Below, piece by piece: positions 24,283 through 39,857 of a DNA stretch of 41,331 bases. The translations under genes were made by a program, and so were the position numbers. This DNA comes from Kofleriaceae bacterium. GTDB lineage: Bacteria > Myxococcota_A > Polyangia > Haliangiales > Haliangiaceae. The notes under the pieces are model-generated. The model saw only the letters and a program-made list of their open reading frames with translations. It did not search any database and was not told where the DNA came from. The DNA lies in the NCBI GenBank assembly GCA_046597055.1, contig JBKJLC010000167.1, positions 1 through 41,331 on the forward strand, given 5' to 3'. Each line of letters opens with the position of its first letter. Positions within the stretch are counted from its first letter, which is position 1.

Positions 24283-27024
24283 TCACTCGAACTTGATCGT
24301 GCGGTAGCCGAACAGGCGGACCCGCTTCGCGTACAGGTCGAGCAGGATCAGGCCGACCGCCGCGAGCAGGATCCACGGCCACAGATCCTCGACGTAGCTG
24401 ACCGGCGGCTCCTCCTCGCCGACCTTCCAGGCCTGGTCCACCGCCAGCGGGTCGCCGTTGCCACCGGTGACCTGGGCGGCCTGGCGCAGCGGGGTCTCGT
24501 CGGGCGTGGTCCGCAGGTACTCGAGCGGGTACGACAGCGCGACCGCGCCCACCGACTCGGCCACGGTCTTGCCGTCGCGCTTGTGCACCGCGCGCAGGAG
24601 GAAGCTGCCGTAGCGCTCGATCTTGAAGTCGGCGACGTAGCGGCCGGCTGCGGCCTGGTCCATCGGGATGCTCTGCTTGACCGTGTTGGTGGCCGGGTCG
24701 ACCACCTCGAGCGTGGTATCGAGCGCGTTGACGAACTGGTCCGAGCTGTCGATCGCGTCGACCACGACCCGGGCCCGGCCGTCCTGCACGGTCGCGACCA
24801 GATCGTAGCTGTCGAACACCTTGCGACGCATCGAGGTGCGGATCAGCTGGGCCCAGAACTTCGGGTAGCCGTTCCACGCGATCCACTCGGCCGACCACCG
24901 GTTCTTGACGTCGGATGTCCACGCCACGCTGGTGCCGGCGCCATGCCGCCAGCGGGCCAGGATCGGCTCGCCGAGGTCGCTGACCAGGATCACCTCGCCG
25001 GTCGGCTTGGGCTTGGTCGTGACGTAGCCGTGCAGCGGCGGCGCCGAGTCGATCGCGGTGCCCTCGATCGCCTCGACCCGCTTGGCGACCCGGACCCGGA
25101 TCGCGTCCTCGACCAGCTGGGACTTCTGGGCCTCGGTGGTCTCCTTCATGAAGATCCGCGGCAAGGCGCCGATGTCCTCGACCATGTACAGGCGACCGTC
25201 GCCGTTGTCGGCGATCAGCGACAGCAGGTTTCGATCGGAGCCCACCACGCCCACCGCGGACACCGTGATGCGGGCCGCGCGCATGTCCTGGACCAGATCG
25301 ACGATGCCGTCGTACGGCGCCTCGCCGTCGGACAGCAGGATCACGTGCTTGACCTTGGCGTTGATGCCCTGCAGCAGCTCGAACGCCTCGCGCAGGCCGG
25401 GATAGATGTTGGTGCCACCCGAGGCCTGCAGCCGCGAGATCTCGGCCGAGATGCGCATCTTGTTGGCCGCGCGCTGCGGCCGCACGAAGACCATCGCCTC
25501 GCTGTCGAACACGACCACGCCGATGATGTCGTTGGGTGACAGCACCTCGGTCGTCACCCGGGCCGACTCCTTGGCGGCCTCGATGTTGGGGCCCTGCATC
25601 GAGCCGGACTTGTCCATCACCAGCATCAGCGCGATGTCGGGCTGCTCGCGCATCTTCTCGGCGTCGAACCGCACCGGCATGATCTGTTCGATCTTGGTGC
25701 CCTGGTAGCCACCCGAGCCGAACGAGTCCTCGCCGCCGGCCATGATGAGGCCGCCGCCGTACGAGCGCACGTAGGTGTCGAGCGCGGTCATCTGACCGGA
25801 CCCGAGGAAGTGGGCGGGCACGTCGGACACCAGGACCAGGTCGTACTTCTCGAGCTCCTTGGCCGACGACGGCAGGCCGCGCGGGCCGCGGACCTCGACG
25901 TCGATGTTCTCGTGCTGCAGCGCGCGCTGCAGGTAGCCGGCGCTGCCCGGCTCGCGCAGCACGCCGCCCTCGACGTAGAGCACGCTGGGCTTGCCCTTGA
26001 CCGGCGCGGTCATGACCGCCTCGTTGTTGGCCTTCTCGGTGTCGTGCTGGTAGCGGCCGAGCCGCAGCCGGTAGGTGGTCGCGCCGGCCCGCTTTGCCTC
26101 GCTCTTGAAGGTGATCCGGTTCACGCCCTCGCGCAGCTCGACCGACTTCACCGGCTCGAGCGCGTTGGGGAACTCGTCCTGGCGCAGGCTGACCGAGACG
26201 GTCTCGGCGTGGGTCGACCAGATCTCGGCGGTGACCTCGAACGGCTGCCCGACCTTGAGGTCGTCGGGCAAGCTCAGGCCGGCGACCCGGATCTCCTGGA
26301 CCTTGTCCTCGGCGAACGTCTTCCACCCGACCTTCACGCCCATGTCGCGGGCCCGATACGCCTCCGACACCAGGTCGCCCGCGGTCTGGTTGCCGTCGGT
26401 GACCAGCACCATGCGGGGCAGGTGCCCCGACGGATACAGGCCATACCCGAGCTGCATCGCGGCCTGGACGTCGGTGCCGGCCGAGCCGCGGGCTGGGCCC
26501 TTGGTGTGGCGCTCGACGACCCAGCCGCTGCCGTCCTTGCGCGCGACCTGCGGCTTCTCGGCGAAGGTCACCACCGACAGCCAGGTCTTGGCGCCGCCGG
26601 CCTTCGCCAGGTCGGCGAGGTAGGCGCGGGCGGCGGCGAGCTGCGGCTCGGACACCGAGTCCGACACGTCGACCAGCACGACGGTGGCGACCTTGGTGTC
26701 GTGGGTGACCCACGACGGCCGCGCCAGCGCGACCGCGAGCGCGATCACGACCGCCGAGCGCAGCCCGGCTTGCACGATCTGTTGCGTGATCGACAGGTCG
26801 GTCAACGACCAGAACCGGACCAGGAAGAAGAACGGGATGATCGCGATCAGCCGCAGCTTGGCCGGATCGAGCAGGTCGATCGGCCGGCTGCCGGGCCCGG
26901 CCAGCGCGACCGCGGTGCGATCGCCGACCCAGGCATCGATGCCGTAGAACAGGAGCCCGCCGGCCACCAGCGCCACGCCGACCCGCATCAGCACACCGAA
27001 GTCGAGGAGGTCGCGGGCGCGCAT
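24283..27024 (-). CDS. membrane protein with two VWA domains and a glutamine-amidotransferase-like (DUF1355-like) domain
   Basis: TGATG overlap at 27022-27026. MIDAS motifs LVDVSDSV and VMDKSGSM, plus VTDG, GGTNI, LSDG and [21 protein letters not shown] helices at both ends. Confidence 0.88.
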   Translation of the reverse strand: MRARDLLDFGVLMRVGVALVAGGLLFYGIDAWVGDRTAVALAGPGSRPIDLLDPAKLRLIAIIPFFFLVRFWSLTDLSITQQIVQAGLRSAVVIALAVALARPSWVTHDTKVATVVLVDVSDSVSEPQLAAARAYLADLAKAGGAKTWLSVVTFAEKPQVARKDGSGWVVERHTKGPARGSAGTDVQAAMQLGYGLYPSGHLPRMVLVTDGNQTAGDLVSEAYRARDMGVKVGWKTFAEDKVQEIRVAGLSLPDDLKVGQPFEVTAEIWSTHAETVSVSLRQDEFPNALEPVKSVELREGVNRITFKSEAKRAGATTYRLRLGRYQHDTEKANNEAVMTAPVKGKPSVLYVEGGVLREPGSAGYLQRALQHENIDVEVRGPRGLPSSAKELEKYDLVLVSDVPAHFLGSGQMTALDTYVRSYGGGLIMAGGEDSFGSGGYQGTKIEQIMPVRFDAEKMREQPDIALMLVMDKSGSMQGPNIEAAKESARVTTEVLSPNDIIGVVVFDSEAMVFVRPQRAANKMRISAEISRLQASGGTNIYPGLREAFELLQGINAKVKHVILLSDGEAPYDGIVDLVQDMRAARITVSAVGVVGSDRNLLSLIADNGDGRLYMVEDIGALPRIFMKETTEAQKSQLVEDAIRVRVAKRVEAIEGTAIDSAPPLHGYVTTKPKPTGEVILVSDLGEPILARWRHGAGTSVAWTSDVKNRWSAEWIAWNGYPKFWAQLIRTSMRRKVFDSYDLVATVQDGRARVVVDAIDSSDQFVNALDTTLEVVDPATNTVKQSIPMDQAAAGRYVADFKIERYGSFLLRAVHKRDGKTVAESVGAVALSYPLEYLRTTPDETPLRQAAQVTGGNGDPLAVDQAWKVGEEEPPVSYVEDLWPWILLAAVGLILLDLYAKRVRLFGYRTIKFE

Positions 27025-29125
27025 CAGACCGTGATCCGTCGGTGATAGGTGACCCACTCGAGCGCGAGCAGGGCGAGGACCGCATACACGAGGTAGACCC
27101 ACAGGTCGCGGCGCGCGGTCACCGCGAAGGTCGGCGGCGCCTCGAGCTGCTTGCCGGCCAGCGTGAGGTCGGCCGCGGGCGCGATCCGCGACTCGGTCGG
27201 CGAGCCCAGGTTGGCCGCGAGGTCGAGCGTCGCGATCGCGGTCTTCTTCTCGACGTCCTCGGGCGCGTACGCGATCAGCTGGTGGACGCCGACCTTCTCG
27301 CCGTAGAACGTCGCCATGCCCTCGACCACCGGCGCCGGCGCGACCTTGCCGGTCGGGTCGATGATGCTGACCTCGCGGATGCCGTAGAGGCCATCGAGCG
27401 GGATCCGGAACCGCTGCCCGGTGGTGTAGGTCGTGACCAGGTCGGCGTCGTCGCCGGCGAACCAGTCGAGGCTGTTCACCAGCAGCAGCGGGAACGCGAC
27501 CCGCAAGGTCAGGTCGGTGCCGCCCAGCGAGAAGCCGAACGCCACCGTCTTGCGACCGCTGTCGCGGCGGGCCGCGATGATCGGGTCGCGCACGTACATC
27601 GCCAGCCCGACCTCGCCGCGGGCGCGATCGGGGGCGAACACGCTGGCGGTCGAGAAGTTGGTGTCCTTCAGCTGGACCCAGCGCATCACCGGGTGATCGG
27701 CGAAGGTGTCGGTGACCACCGGGCGCGGCACCTCGCTGCGAATCGCGATCGGCGTGTGCTCGCCGCTCGGGTGGAAGTAGATGAGGTGCGACGGCGGCGG
27801 CGGCACCACCGCCGGGGTGTGGTCGTCGAACACGACCACGTCGTACGGCTTGCTGGTGTCGGCGTTGATCGCGGTCGCCCGCGGGTCGGCGTCGTACTCG
27901 GCCGGGGTCGCCTTGTAGACCTCGATGTTGTCGTAGACCAGCATCGCGCCCTCGAGGTAGAGGTTGTCGGCGGTCACCAGCAGCACGTTCTGCCTCTTGC
28001 GCGCCGGCAAGAGCGCCCACGCCTGGTCGTCGAGCGGGAACGGGTCGGACCCGCCCGGGCCCTCGCCCGGCCGGAGCGACGCCCGCAGCGTGCTCTCGCC
28101 GCCGGGCAGCTGCCGGTAGATCTCGCGGACCCGCTGGCCGGGCGCCAGGTCGATCGGCTTGACCTCGATCGCGGTCTCGCCGTTGTAGAGCGCGAGCTGG
28201 CGGCTGGCCGGCTCGGTGCCGAAGTTCTGCACCTCGATGAAGACCTCGTAGCTGGCCTTGTTGGCGATGTAGCGGCGCACGTTGAAGGCCACGATGCCGA
28301 CGTTCTCGGCGCGCGCGCCGACGCCCAGGTAGCGAACGTCGATGCCCGACAGATCGACCGCCGCCAGCTGCTTCTGCGCGAAGCTCTTGCGGCGCGCCGC
28401 GATCTCGTCGACCTCGGCGGCCGACGCCGGCGTGCCGGTGGCCGGCGTCGGCGGGGCCGGGGCCTCGGTCGCGTCGAGCGGGGTCCACGACACCTGGGTC
28501 AGCTGCTGCTCGGAGTACGCGCCATCGGAGACCAGCACGATCATCGGGTTCTGCCGGCCGCGCAGGGCGTCGGCGGCCGCCGACAGCGCCCGTGGCAGGT
28601 CGGCCGGCGCGTCGACCGCGGCGATGCCGTCGATCACCTTGCGCAGGAGCGGCTTGTCGCCGTCGAACCGGGTCAGCGGCGTGGCCTGGCCATCGACCCG
28701 CATGATCATCGCGAGATCACCGCCGCCGAGCGAGTCGATCAGCGCCTTGGCGCGCTCGCCGGCGCGCGCGAGCCGGGTCAGCTTGGGCCGGTCCGGGTCG
28801 CCGTCCTGGGCCTTCATCGAGGCCGAGGCGTCGACCAGGATCACGATCGAGCGGGCGCGCTGGTCGCGCGCGCCCAAGGTCGGCGCCAGGGTCGCGACCA
28901 GCACCAGGCCGAGGATGGTCAGCAGCAGCAGCAGCGACAGCAGTCGCTTGAGCTGTCGCCACAGCGAGTTGGCGTCGCGCTGGTCGAGGACCTTCTTCCA
29001 CAAGGTCGAGAACGGGACCTCGAACCGCCGCCGCCGCATCTTGATGATGTAGGCGAGGACGGTGAGCAGCGCCGCGACCACCGCGGTGCCGGCGATGGTG
29101 GCGGGCGTGATCGGCAGGCCGAGGT

Positions 29126-29129
<4 letters not shown>
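27024..29129 (-). CDS. BatA-like N-terminal domain plus VWA domain membrane protein
   Basis: GTGA overlap with the DUF58 gene. [18 protein letters not shown] (BatA N-terminus), [12 protein letters not shown] and C-terminal [11 protein letters not shown]. Confidence 0.88.
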
Positions 29130-30067
<938 letters not shown>

Positions 30068-30073
30068 GGGGGG

Positions 30074-31084
<1,011 letters not shown>

Positions 31085-31119
31085 GTTCTCCCCGGGAAGC
31101 GAGTGCGAGTGCGACGACC

Positions 31120-33357
31120 TCAGTCCATCGCGTGAGGCTTGATCTTCGTGAAGTACTTCTTGACGTAGTACTTGTAGCTGGACGGGACCTTCTCGGAGCG
31201 CATGACCGCCTCGACCTCTTTCTTGTAGTCGGCGTAGACCTCGCGGTACTTCGCCGAGGCGAAGCCCTTCTGCGCGGCCGATAGCACCGCCTCGCGCCGC
31301 GACGGGCCCTTCTTGCCGTGGACGCCCGACACGTCCTCGTCCTTGGTATCGCCGCTCTTGCCGGTCGGATCGCCGACCAGGTTGGGGTCGTGGCCGTCGC
31401 CGTAGTTGCCCGACGGGCCGTCGGGCTTGTCGCCCTGGCCGCCGTTGTCCTGGCCCTGGCCCTTGCCGAGGCCCTTCTGGCCCTGGCCCTGGCCCGGCTT
31501 CCAGGCGGTCTTCTGGCCCTTGCCGCCGCCGGCGCGCTTGGCGAAGTCCTGGTTCTTGTTGTTCTTGCCGAACGGGTTCTGCGGGCCGCGCTGACCGCGC
31601 TGCTTGGCGCGGCGCATCGCCTCGCGCAGATCTTCCATCTGCGACGACGCCTTCTTCTGGGCGGCTTGCTTGCGCTGGTCTTGCTCGACCTTGCCGGTCT
31701 CGTCGGCGACGTCCTTGAGGGTGCGCGAGGCCTGCTTCTGGTTCTCCTGCTGCTGCTCCTGCTTGTCCTGCTGCTCGTCAGGCTTCTTCTGGAGCTGCTT
31801 GGCGGCCTTGTCCATGTCCTTGTGCAGCCGCTTGAGGCTCTCGCGCTGCGCCGACTCCTGCTTCTCGGCGTCCTTCTTCTTGAGCTCGGCCAGCTCGCGC
31901 TTCTCCTTCTCGAGGCGGCGCTCGGCGTCCTGGCGCTCCTGATCGGTCTTGGCCTGGTCCTTCTCCTGGGCGAGCTTGCGGACCGCGTCTTCCTGCTTCT
32001 GGAGCTCCTGGCTTTTCTGCTGATCGCGCTGTTCCTGCTTCTTCTCGAACTGCTCCGCGACCTGCTCGAGCGTCTTGGCGAGCTCCTGCTGCTGCTTTTC
32101 CGACAGCTCGCCCTTCTCCATCTTGTCGGCGAGCTTCTGCAGCTCCTCCTTGGCCTTGGCGAGCTGGTTCTTGGCCAGCGCCTCGCCGAGCTCCTTGGTC
32201 AGCTCGTTCTTCTGGAGCTCCTTGCCGGTCTCGGCCAGGTCCTTGTCGACCTCGGCCTGATCAGGCTCGGCGTGCTCGCCCAGCGCCTGCTCGGCCTTCT
32301 TCATCTCCTCGAGCAGCTGCTCCTTGGTGAGCTCGCCGTTCTCGGCCATGTCGAGCAGCTTCTCGATCTTGGCGGCATAGTCCTCGAGCTCCTTGACGTC
32401 GTCGCGCTGGCCGGCCGCCTTGAGGTCGGCGATCAGCTCGCGCATGTACGCCTCGTCGTCGGGGTCGAGCGCGACCGTGTTCTCCTTGAAGTTGCGCGCG
32501 TCGCGCTCGTCAAGGACCTCGAAGTCGAGCCCGCCCCAGCGCGCGCCCTTGCCCCAGACCACGACCTGGGTCTTGCCGATCCGGGCGGCAACCGGCACCG
32601 CGAACGTGATGTGGTCGCCGGTCCAGGCCGTGACCGACGCGGCGACCGCGGCGGTGGGATCGGCGCCGTCCCCGACGTAGACCATCGCGCCGTCGAGCCG
32701 GCAGGGCAGGGCCGGGTCGGCCTTGGGGCCACACAGGCGCTCGCCGAAGAGGGTGACCTCGACGCCGGCCTTGGCCGCGGTGGGGTCGAGTCCGAGCAGG
32801 CGCGGCGCGGTAGAGGCGAGCTGGGGCGACAGGCCGGCGACGACCGCGGCCAGCGCGGCGAAGCCGAGCGCGGGCCACAGGTCGCGAGGCCGGCGGTACG
32901 GGGTGGCGGCGGCGACGTTGGCCTTCGGGGCGGCGCGGACGGCGTCGCGCATCGCCGCCCGCATCAGCGCCTCGGTCTCCTCGTGATCGCCGGCGGCGGC
33001 GGGGGCGCCCACGTGCAGGGTTCGCTCGAACGCGATCGCGGTCGACAGGCGGTCGGCCAGGCCCGAGGCGCGGTCGACCTGGCGCGCGACCTCCTCGTCG
33101 TCGAGCCGGCGCAGCGCACCGATCAGCGCGCCGGCGACCACCACGCCGCCCGCGGCGGCGATCAGCCCGACCCCGGTCGCCGACTCGATCGCGCCGTAGC
33201 GGACGGCGAACACCGCGCCCAGCGCGCTGGCCGAGGCCAGGATGGATGCGGTGGTCGCGCTCTCGGCGGCGCCCTGAAGCCGGAGCCGCGTGCGGGCTTG
33301 CGCGATGATCGCGCGCACACGGTCCAGCGAGACTGCGGGGGTGGGGGCGGCGTCCAT
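31120..33357 (-). CDS. membrane-anchored coiled-coil protein with an IPT/TIG-like insertion (DUF4175-like); first gene of the MoxR operon
   Basis: Two to three TM helices, ADRLSTA motif, an Ig-like segment (PRLLGLDPTAAKAGVEVTLFG...WTGDHITFAVP), a long K/E/Q coiled coil and C-terminal VPSSYKYYVKKYF. Confidence 0.8.
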   Translation of the reverse strand: MDAAPTPAVSLDRVRAIIAQARTRLRLQGAAESATTASILASASALGAVFAVRYGAIESATGVGLIAAAGGVVVAGALIGALRRLDDEEVARQVDRASGLADRLSTAIAFERTLHVGAPAAAGDHEETEALMRAAMRDAVRAAPKANVAAATPYRRPRDLWPALGFAALAAVVAGLSPQLASTAPRLLGLDPTAAKAGVEVTLFGERLCGPKADPALPCRLDGAMVYVGDGADPTAAVAASVTAWTGDHITFAVPVAARIGKTQVVVWGKGARWGGLDFEVLDERDARNFKENTVALDPDDEAYMRELIADLKAAGQRDDVKELEDYAAKIEKLLDMAENGELTKEQLLEEMKKAEQALGEHAEPDQAEVDKDLAETGKELQKNELTKELGEALAKNQLAKAKEELQKLADKMEKGELSEKQQQELAKTLEQVAEQFEKKQEQRDQQKSQELQKQEDAVRKLAQEKDQAKTDQERQDAERRLEKEKRELAELKKKDAEKQESAQRESLKRLHKDMDKAAKQLQKKPDEQQDKQEQQQENQKQASRTLKDVADETGKVEQDQRKQAAQKKASSQMEDLREAMRRAKQRGQRGPQNPFGKNNKNQDFAKRAGGGKGQKTAWKPGQGQGQKGLGKGQGQDNGGQGDKPDGPSGNYGDGHDPNLVGDPTGKSGDTKDEDVSGVHGKKGPSRREAVLSAAQKGFASAKYREVYADYKKEVEAVMRSEKVPSSYKYYVKKYFTKIKPHAMD

Positions 33358-33682
33358 GGCTAGCTACATCCCAACCGGGCGGCCGCCCGTGCAATTCCGG
33401 CGTGAACGTGCACCGATGACGCCCAGCATAGCACCTTCATTCCACGCACCAGACCGAGCACAGGTCTAGCGCCCCCAGGCACGGCGAATGCCGCAGTTGC
33501 GCCGTTGCCGCGCCGGTGCTGCGCCACGCGCGCGCGCGCGCGGCGTCGGCGGTGCGCGTCGGTGGCGTGCTGACGCGCGCACGTCGGCGCTGGCGCGAGT
33601 GGCCCATGGTCATCAGGACCACGGACACCGCGACCCGGCGCCGGTTTCGCCACGGGATGCCCGGGGCCCACCTACATGTGCG

Positions 33683-36250
<2,568 letters not shown>

Positions 36251-36391
36251 CGGCGTGCGACCGTAGACCAGTGGGCGCCCTGGGTAAAGCCACCCAGTCC
36301 CCGGGGTGCAGCCGGCTCCGAAGGCCCCAGAGATCGGGTCCGGGACGCGCATCACACCGGCCTCGGGGGCGGACGATGATAACGTGCCTCG

Positions 36392-37561
36392 GTGACGTTC
36401 CCGCGCCTCTCGGTCGCCGCCGAGGCGATGCCGCTGTCGATCTTCGCGCGTCTCTACGAGAAGCTGGCGAGCTTCGACGGCGACGTCATACCGCTGCAGA
36501 TCGGCGACACCTATCTGCTGCCGCCCGCGGCCGGTCGGCTCGGCGCCCAGCCACCCGGCACCGATCGCGAGCTCTACGCGTACGGGCCGGCCCCGGGGTG
36601 GCCCCCGCTGCTCGAGGCGATCACGGCCAAGGTGCGGACCCGCAACGGCATCCCGCTCGAGCCGGGCGGCGTGCAGATCACCGCCGGCGCGACCCACGCA
36701 CTGGCCTGCGCGGTCGGCGCGCTGCTGGATCCCGGCGACGAGATGATCCTGCTCACGCCCCACTGGCCGCTGGTGCGCGGCATCGCGCAGTCGCGCTCGG
36801 TGGTGTCGATCGAGGTGCCGTTCTCGCAGATGCTGCTGACCGACCCGACGCTCGATCCGTACGCCCTGCTGGCGCGGGCGGTCAGCGCCAAGACCCGCGT
36901 CATCTATCTGTGCTCGCCCAACAACCCCGACGGCCTGGTGCTCGACCGCGCCACGCTCGAGGCGATCGCGAAGGTGGCGGAGCAGGCCGGCCTGTGGGTG
37001 CTGTCCGACGAGGTCTACGAGGACTACACCTACGATCGCCCGCACCTGTCGATCGCCAGCCTGCCCGGGATGGCGGCGCGCACGGTGACGGTGTTCTCGT
37101 TCTCGAAGAGCTACGGGCAAGCCGGGCTGCGGGTCGGCTACGTCGTCGGGCCGCGCCCGGTGATCGAGGCGGTCCGCAAGATGTCGAACCACTCGATCTA
37201 CAACGTCCCGCACGTGCTGCAGCGCGCGGCGCTGGCGTCGCTCACCGACGGCGGCGGCTTCCTCGCCGACGCCAAGGCGCGCTACCGGCAGGCGCGCGAC
37301 CGCGCGCACGCCAGCCTGTGCGTGCCGACCCGGCTGCCGCAGGGCTCGACCTACCTGTTCCTCGATCTGGCCGGGTACGGCTGCAGCACCGAGGGCTGCC
37401 TGCCGGTGCTCGAGCGGATCGCGGCGGCCGGCGTGCTGCTGGCGCCGGGCGCGCCGTTCGGTGCGGCGTACGCCGACTGGGCGCGGCTGTGCTTCACCGC
37501 CGTGCCCGAGGATCGGCTGCTCGAGGGCATCGCGCGGATCAACCGCGTGCTCGCGGGCTGA
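36392..37561 (+). CDS. PLP-dependent aminotransferase, class I/II
   Basis: TAGATHA, SPNNPDG, LSDEVY, SFSKSYGQAGLRVGY (PLP lysine) and RLCF motifs. Confidence 0.95.
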   Translation: MTFPRLSVAAEAMPLSIFARLYEKLASFDGDVIPLQIGDTYLLPPAAGRLGAQPPGTDRELYAYGPAPGWPPLLEAITAKVRTRNGIPLEPGGVQITAGATHALACAVGALLDPGDEMILLTPHWPLVRGIAQSRSVVSIEVPFSQMLLTDPTLDPYALLARAVSAKTRVIYLCSPNNPDGLVLDRATLEAIAKVAEQAGLWVLSDEVYEDYTYDRPHLSIASLPGMAARTVTVFSFSKSYGQAGLRVGYVVGPRPVIEAVRKMSNHSIYNVPHVLQRAALASLTDGGGFLADAKARYRQARDRAHASLCVPTRLPQGSTYLFLDLAGYGCSTEGCLPVLERIAAAGVLLAPGAPFGAAYADWARLCFTAVPEDRLLEGIARINRVLAG

Positions 37562-37564
37562 CCC

Positions 37565-38707
37565 GTGCGGGCGGTGCTCGAGGCGATCTACCGCGCCGCG
37601 GTCGCCGCCTGTGACCCGCGTGCGGTCGTGCGGGACGCGTGCATCGAGGCCGGGCTGGTGGGGCGGCGGGTCGTGCTGGTCGCGATCGGCAAGGCGGCGC
37701 CCGCGATGGCCGCGGGGGCCTGCGACGCGCTCGGCGCCGCGATCGTCGGCGGGATCGTGGTCGCGCCCGACGGCGTGGCGGTCGACGACGCGGCGCTCGG
37801 TCAGCTGGCCGTGCGCCGGGCCGCGCACCCGGTGCCCGATGCCCGCAGCGAGTCGGCCGGCCGTGCGGTGCTGGCGTGCGCCACGGCGGTCACGGGAGGC
37901 GACGTGCTGCTGGTGCTGGTCTCGGGTGGTGCGTCGGCGCTGTGCGCGGTGCCGGCGCCCGGGCTGTCGCTGGCCGAGAAGGTCGCGCGCACGACCGCGG
38001 CGGCGCGGGCCGGCGCGCCGATCGCGGAGCTCAACCGCCTGCGCACGTCGCTGTCGGCGGTGAAGGGCGGGCGGCTGGCCGCGGCCTGCCGCGCTCGGGT
38101 GGTGACGCTGGTCGCGAGCGACGTGCCCGGCGACGATCCGGAGATCGTCGGCTCGGGGCCGACCGTGCCGGGCAAGCCGGGCGATGTCGTACGCGTGGTG
38201 GCCGGGCTCGGCCGGCTGCGCGCCGAGGCGGTGGTGGCCGCACGGGCCCACGGGCTGGTGCCGGTCGTGCGCGCGCACGATCTGGTCGGCGACGTTGCCG
38301 AGGTCCAGGCATTGATCGCCGGCGAGGCGGCGAAGGCCGACGGTGCGGTGTGGATCGCGGGCGGCGAGTGGACGGTCGGTCTGGGCGAGGCGGTGGGGGC
38401 TGGCGGTCGCGCCACCGAGCTGGCGCTGCGGCTGGCGCGCCGGTGGGCGGGCGATGACCGGGTGGTGCTGGTCGCCGGCTCCGACGGCGTCGATGGCACC
38501 GGCCCGGCCGCTGGCGCGATCATCGACGGGACGACCTGGCACGCGATTGCCACCGCGGGTGTCGATCCGGCACACGCGCTGGCTCGGCACGACAGCGGGG
38601 CCGTGCTGGCCGCGGTCGGCGCCACCGTCGTGACCGGGCCCACCGGGGTCAACCACGCGGACCTGGTGCTGGTCGCGGCACGGCCGGTGCAATCCGAGAC
38701 CAGATGA
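37565..38707 (+). CDS. glycerate kinase, DUF4147/MOFRL family
   Basis: IGKAAPAM, HPVPD, LVSGGASAL, SAVKGG, SDVPGDD..IVGSGP, GGE.TV, SDGVDG and TGPTGVNHAD motifs. Confidence 0.9.
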   Translation: MRAVLEAIYRAAVAACDPRAVVRDACIEAGLVGRRVVLVAIGKAAPAMAAGACDALGAAIVGGIVVAPDGVAVDDAALGQLAVRRAAHPVPDARSESAGRAVLACATAVTGGDVLLVLVSGGASALCAVPAPGLSLAEKVARTTAAARAGAPIAELNRLRTSLSAVKGGRLAAACRARVVTLVASDVPGDDPEIVGSGPTVPGKPGDVVRVVAGLGRLRAEAVVAARAHGLVPVVRAHDLVGDVAEVQALIAGEAAKADGAVWIAGGEWTVGLGEAVGAGGRATELALRLARRWAGDDRVVLVAGSDGVDGTGPAAGAIIDGTTWHAIATAGVDPAHALARHDSGAVLAAVGATVVTGPTGVNHADLVLVAARPVQSETR

Positions 38708-39780
38708 TCGTTCTCAGCGGCACCAGCCCCCGCGGCTGGGTCGACGGAGCCGGCGGCGAGCTGATCGCCACGCAGTTCGTTCACGTCTGGTGGCTCCCGC
38801 TGGTGCCGCTCCGGTCGGTGTGGGTGACCGGCGGCGATCGCCGGCGTCCGATCGGGCATGCCCACCGGCTGTCGGGCCGCAGCGTCGCGGCCGGCTACCT
38901 GCGGGTGTGGGGGCCAATCGTCACCATCATCGGCGCCGCAACGGCGTGCCTGGTCGGCATGGCTGTGGCGCTGGTGGCGGCCAGTTTGACCGGCTGGAGC
39001 TGGTGGGCGCGTCATGATCGCAGCGGGAGGCGGGTGGCGCTCCAGCGGCCGGTGCTCGGCAGCGCGTGCGATCCGCTGGCGCTGCCGCGCAGGCTGGCGA
39101 GCTGCCTGTTGCCCCGCGCCGAGGCGGGTTTCGCCGTGGTCGGCGCCGGTCGCACGCCGCTGGATGTCGCGCTCGGCGGTGCCGGCTCGCCGGCGCAGAT
39201 GGCCCATGCGTTCGTCGTGCTGCGGCTGGCCGCGGCGAGCGCGTGGGGGCCGAACGCGACGGCGGCGCGGATCGCATCGGAGCGGCTGCTCGACCGCGGG
39301 CGTGACGATGCGAGCGCGATCGACGGCCCGTACCGGGCGGCCGCGTCGATGGCGCCGGCCCCGACCGCGCCGATGGCGCCGCTGCTCACCAGCGAGCCGG
39401 TGGCCTCGGTGACCCTCCACGGGTGGAGGGCGACCGCGCTGGCGACCCTGGTCGCGCTGTTCATACCCTGCGGATTCTCGGACCTGCTGTTCACATGTCC
39501 ATGCGACGAGAGCCACGCGAGCGTCGCGCTCAGCATGTCCCGGAAGCTCGCGAACGAGGCTTATCCGCAGTGGTCGCTGCGTCCCGGGAATGCCGATCGG
39601 TGTCCCACGCTCGACGAGCTGGGCGAGTACGCGAACAACAACACCAAAGACATGTGGGGCCGGCCGTACCAGGTGACATGTATCGACCTTCCACTCGCGG
39701 TCGGCATCGGAGTCTGGTCGACCGGCGAGAACCGGCGAGACGAGCGCGGCCAAGGCGACGACCTGGCATCGTGGAGGTGA
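38704..39780 (+). CDS. hypothetical membrane protein with a C-terminal GspG/T2SS pseudopilin-like segment
   Basis: ATGA overlap with the kinase gene. N-terminal ATQFVHVWWLPLVPLRS, TM helices, and C-terminus CPTLDEL...KDMWGRPY...WSTGEN...GDDLASWR. Confidence 0.65.
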   Translation: MIVLSGTSPRGWVDGAGGELIATQFVHVWWLPLVPLRSVWVTGGDRRRPIGHAHRLSGRSVAAGYLRVWGPIVTIIGAATACLVGMAVALVAASLTGWSWWARHDRSGRRVALQRPVLGSACDPLALPRRLASCLLPRAEAGFAVVGAGRTPLDVALGGAGSPAQMAHAFVVLRLAAASAWGPNATAARIASERLLDRGRDDASAIDGPYRAAASMAPAPTAPMAPLLTSEPVASVTLHGWRATALATLVALFIPCGFSDLLFTCPCDESHASVALSMSRKLANEAYPQWSLRPGNADRCPTLDELGEYANNNTKDMWGRPYQVTCIDLPLAVGIGVWSTGENRRDERGQGDDLASWR

Positions 39781-39857
39781 ACCCGCCCGATCGTAACCGC
39801 CCCCCGTTCGCTCGGAGCGCTCGAGCTAGCCGCGGTGCGGCCCCCGGGCGGGCCTGG

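Noticed and set aside
33477..33492. Sigma54-like GGCACG-n-TGC (GG-n10-GC) element on the plus strand
   Set aside because: It is an imperfect match and points toward the 3' end of a minus-strand gene, with no plus-strand gene to drive.
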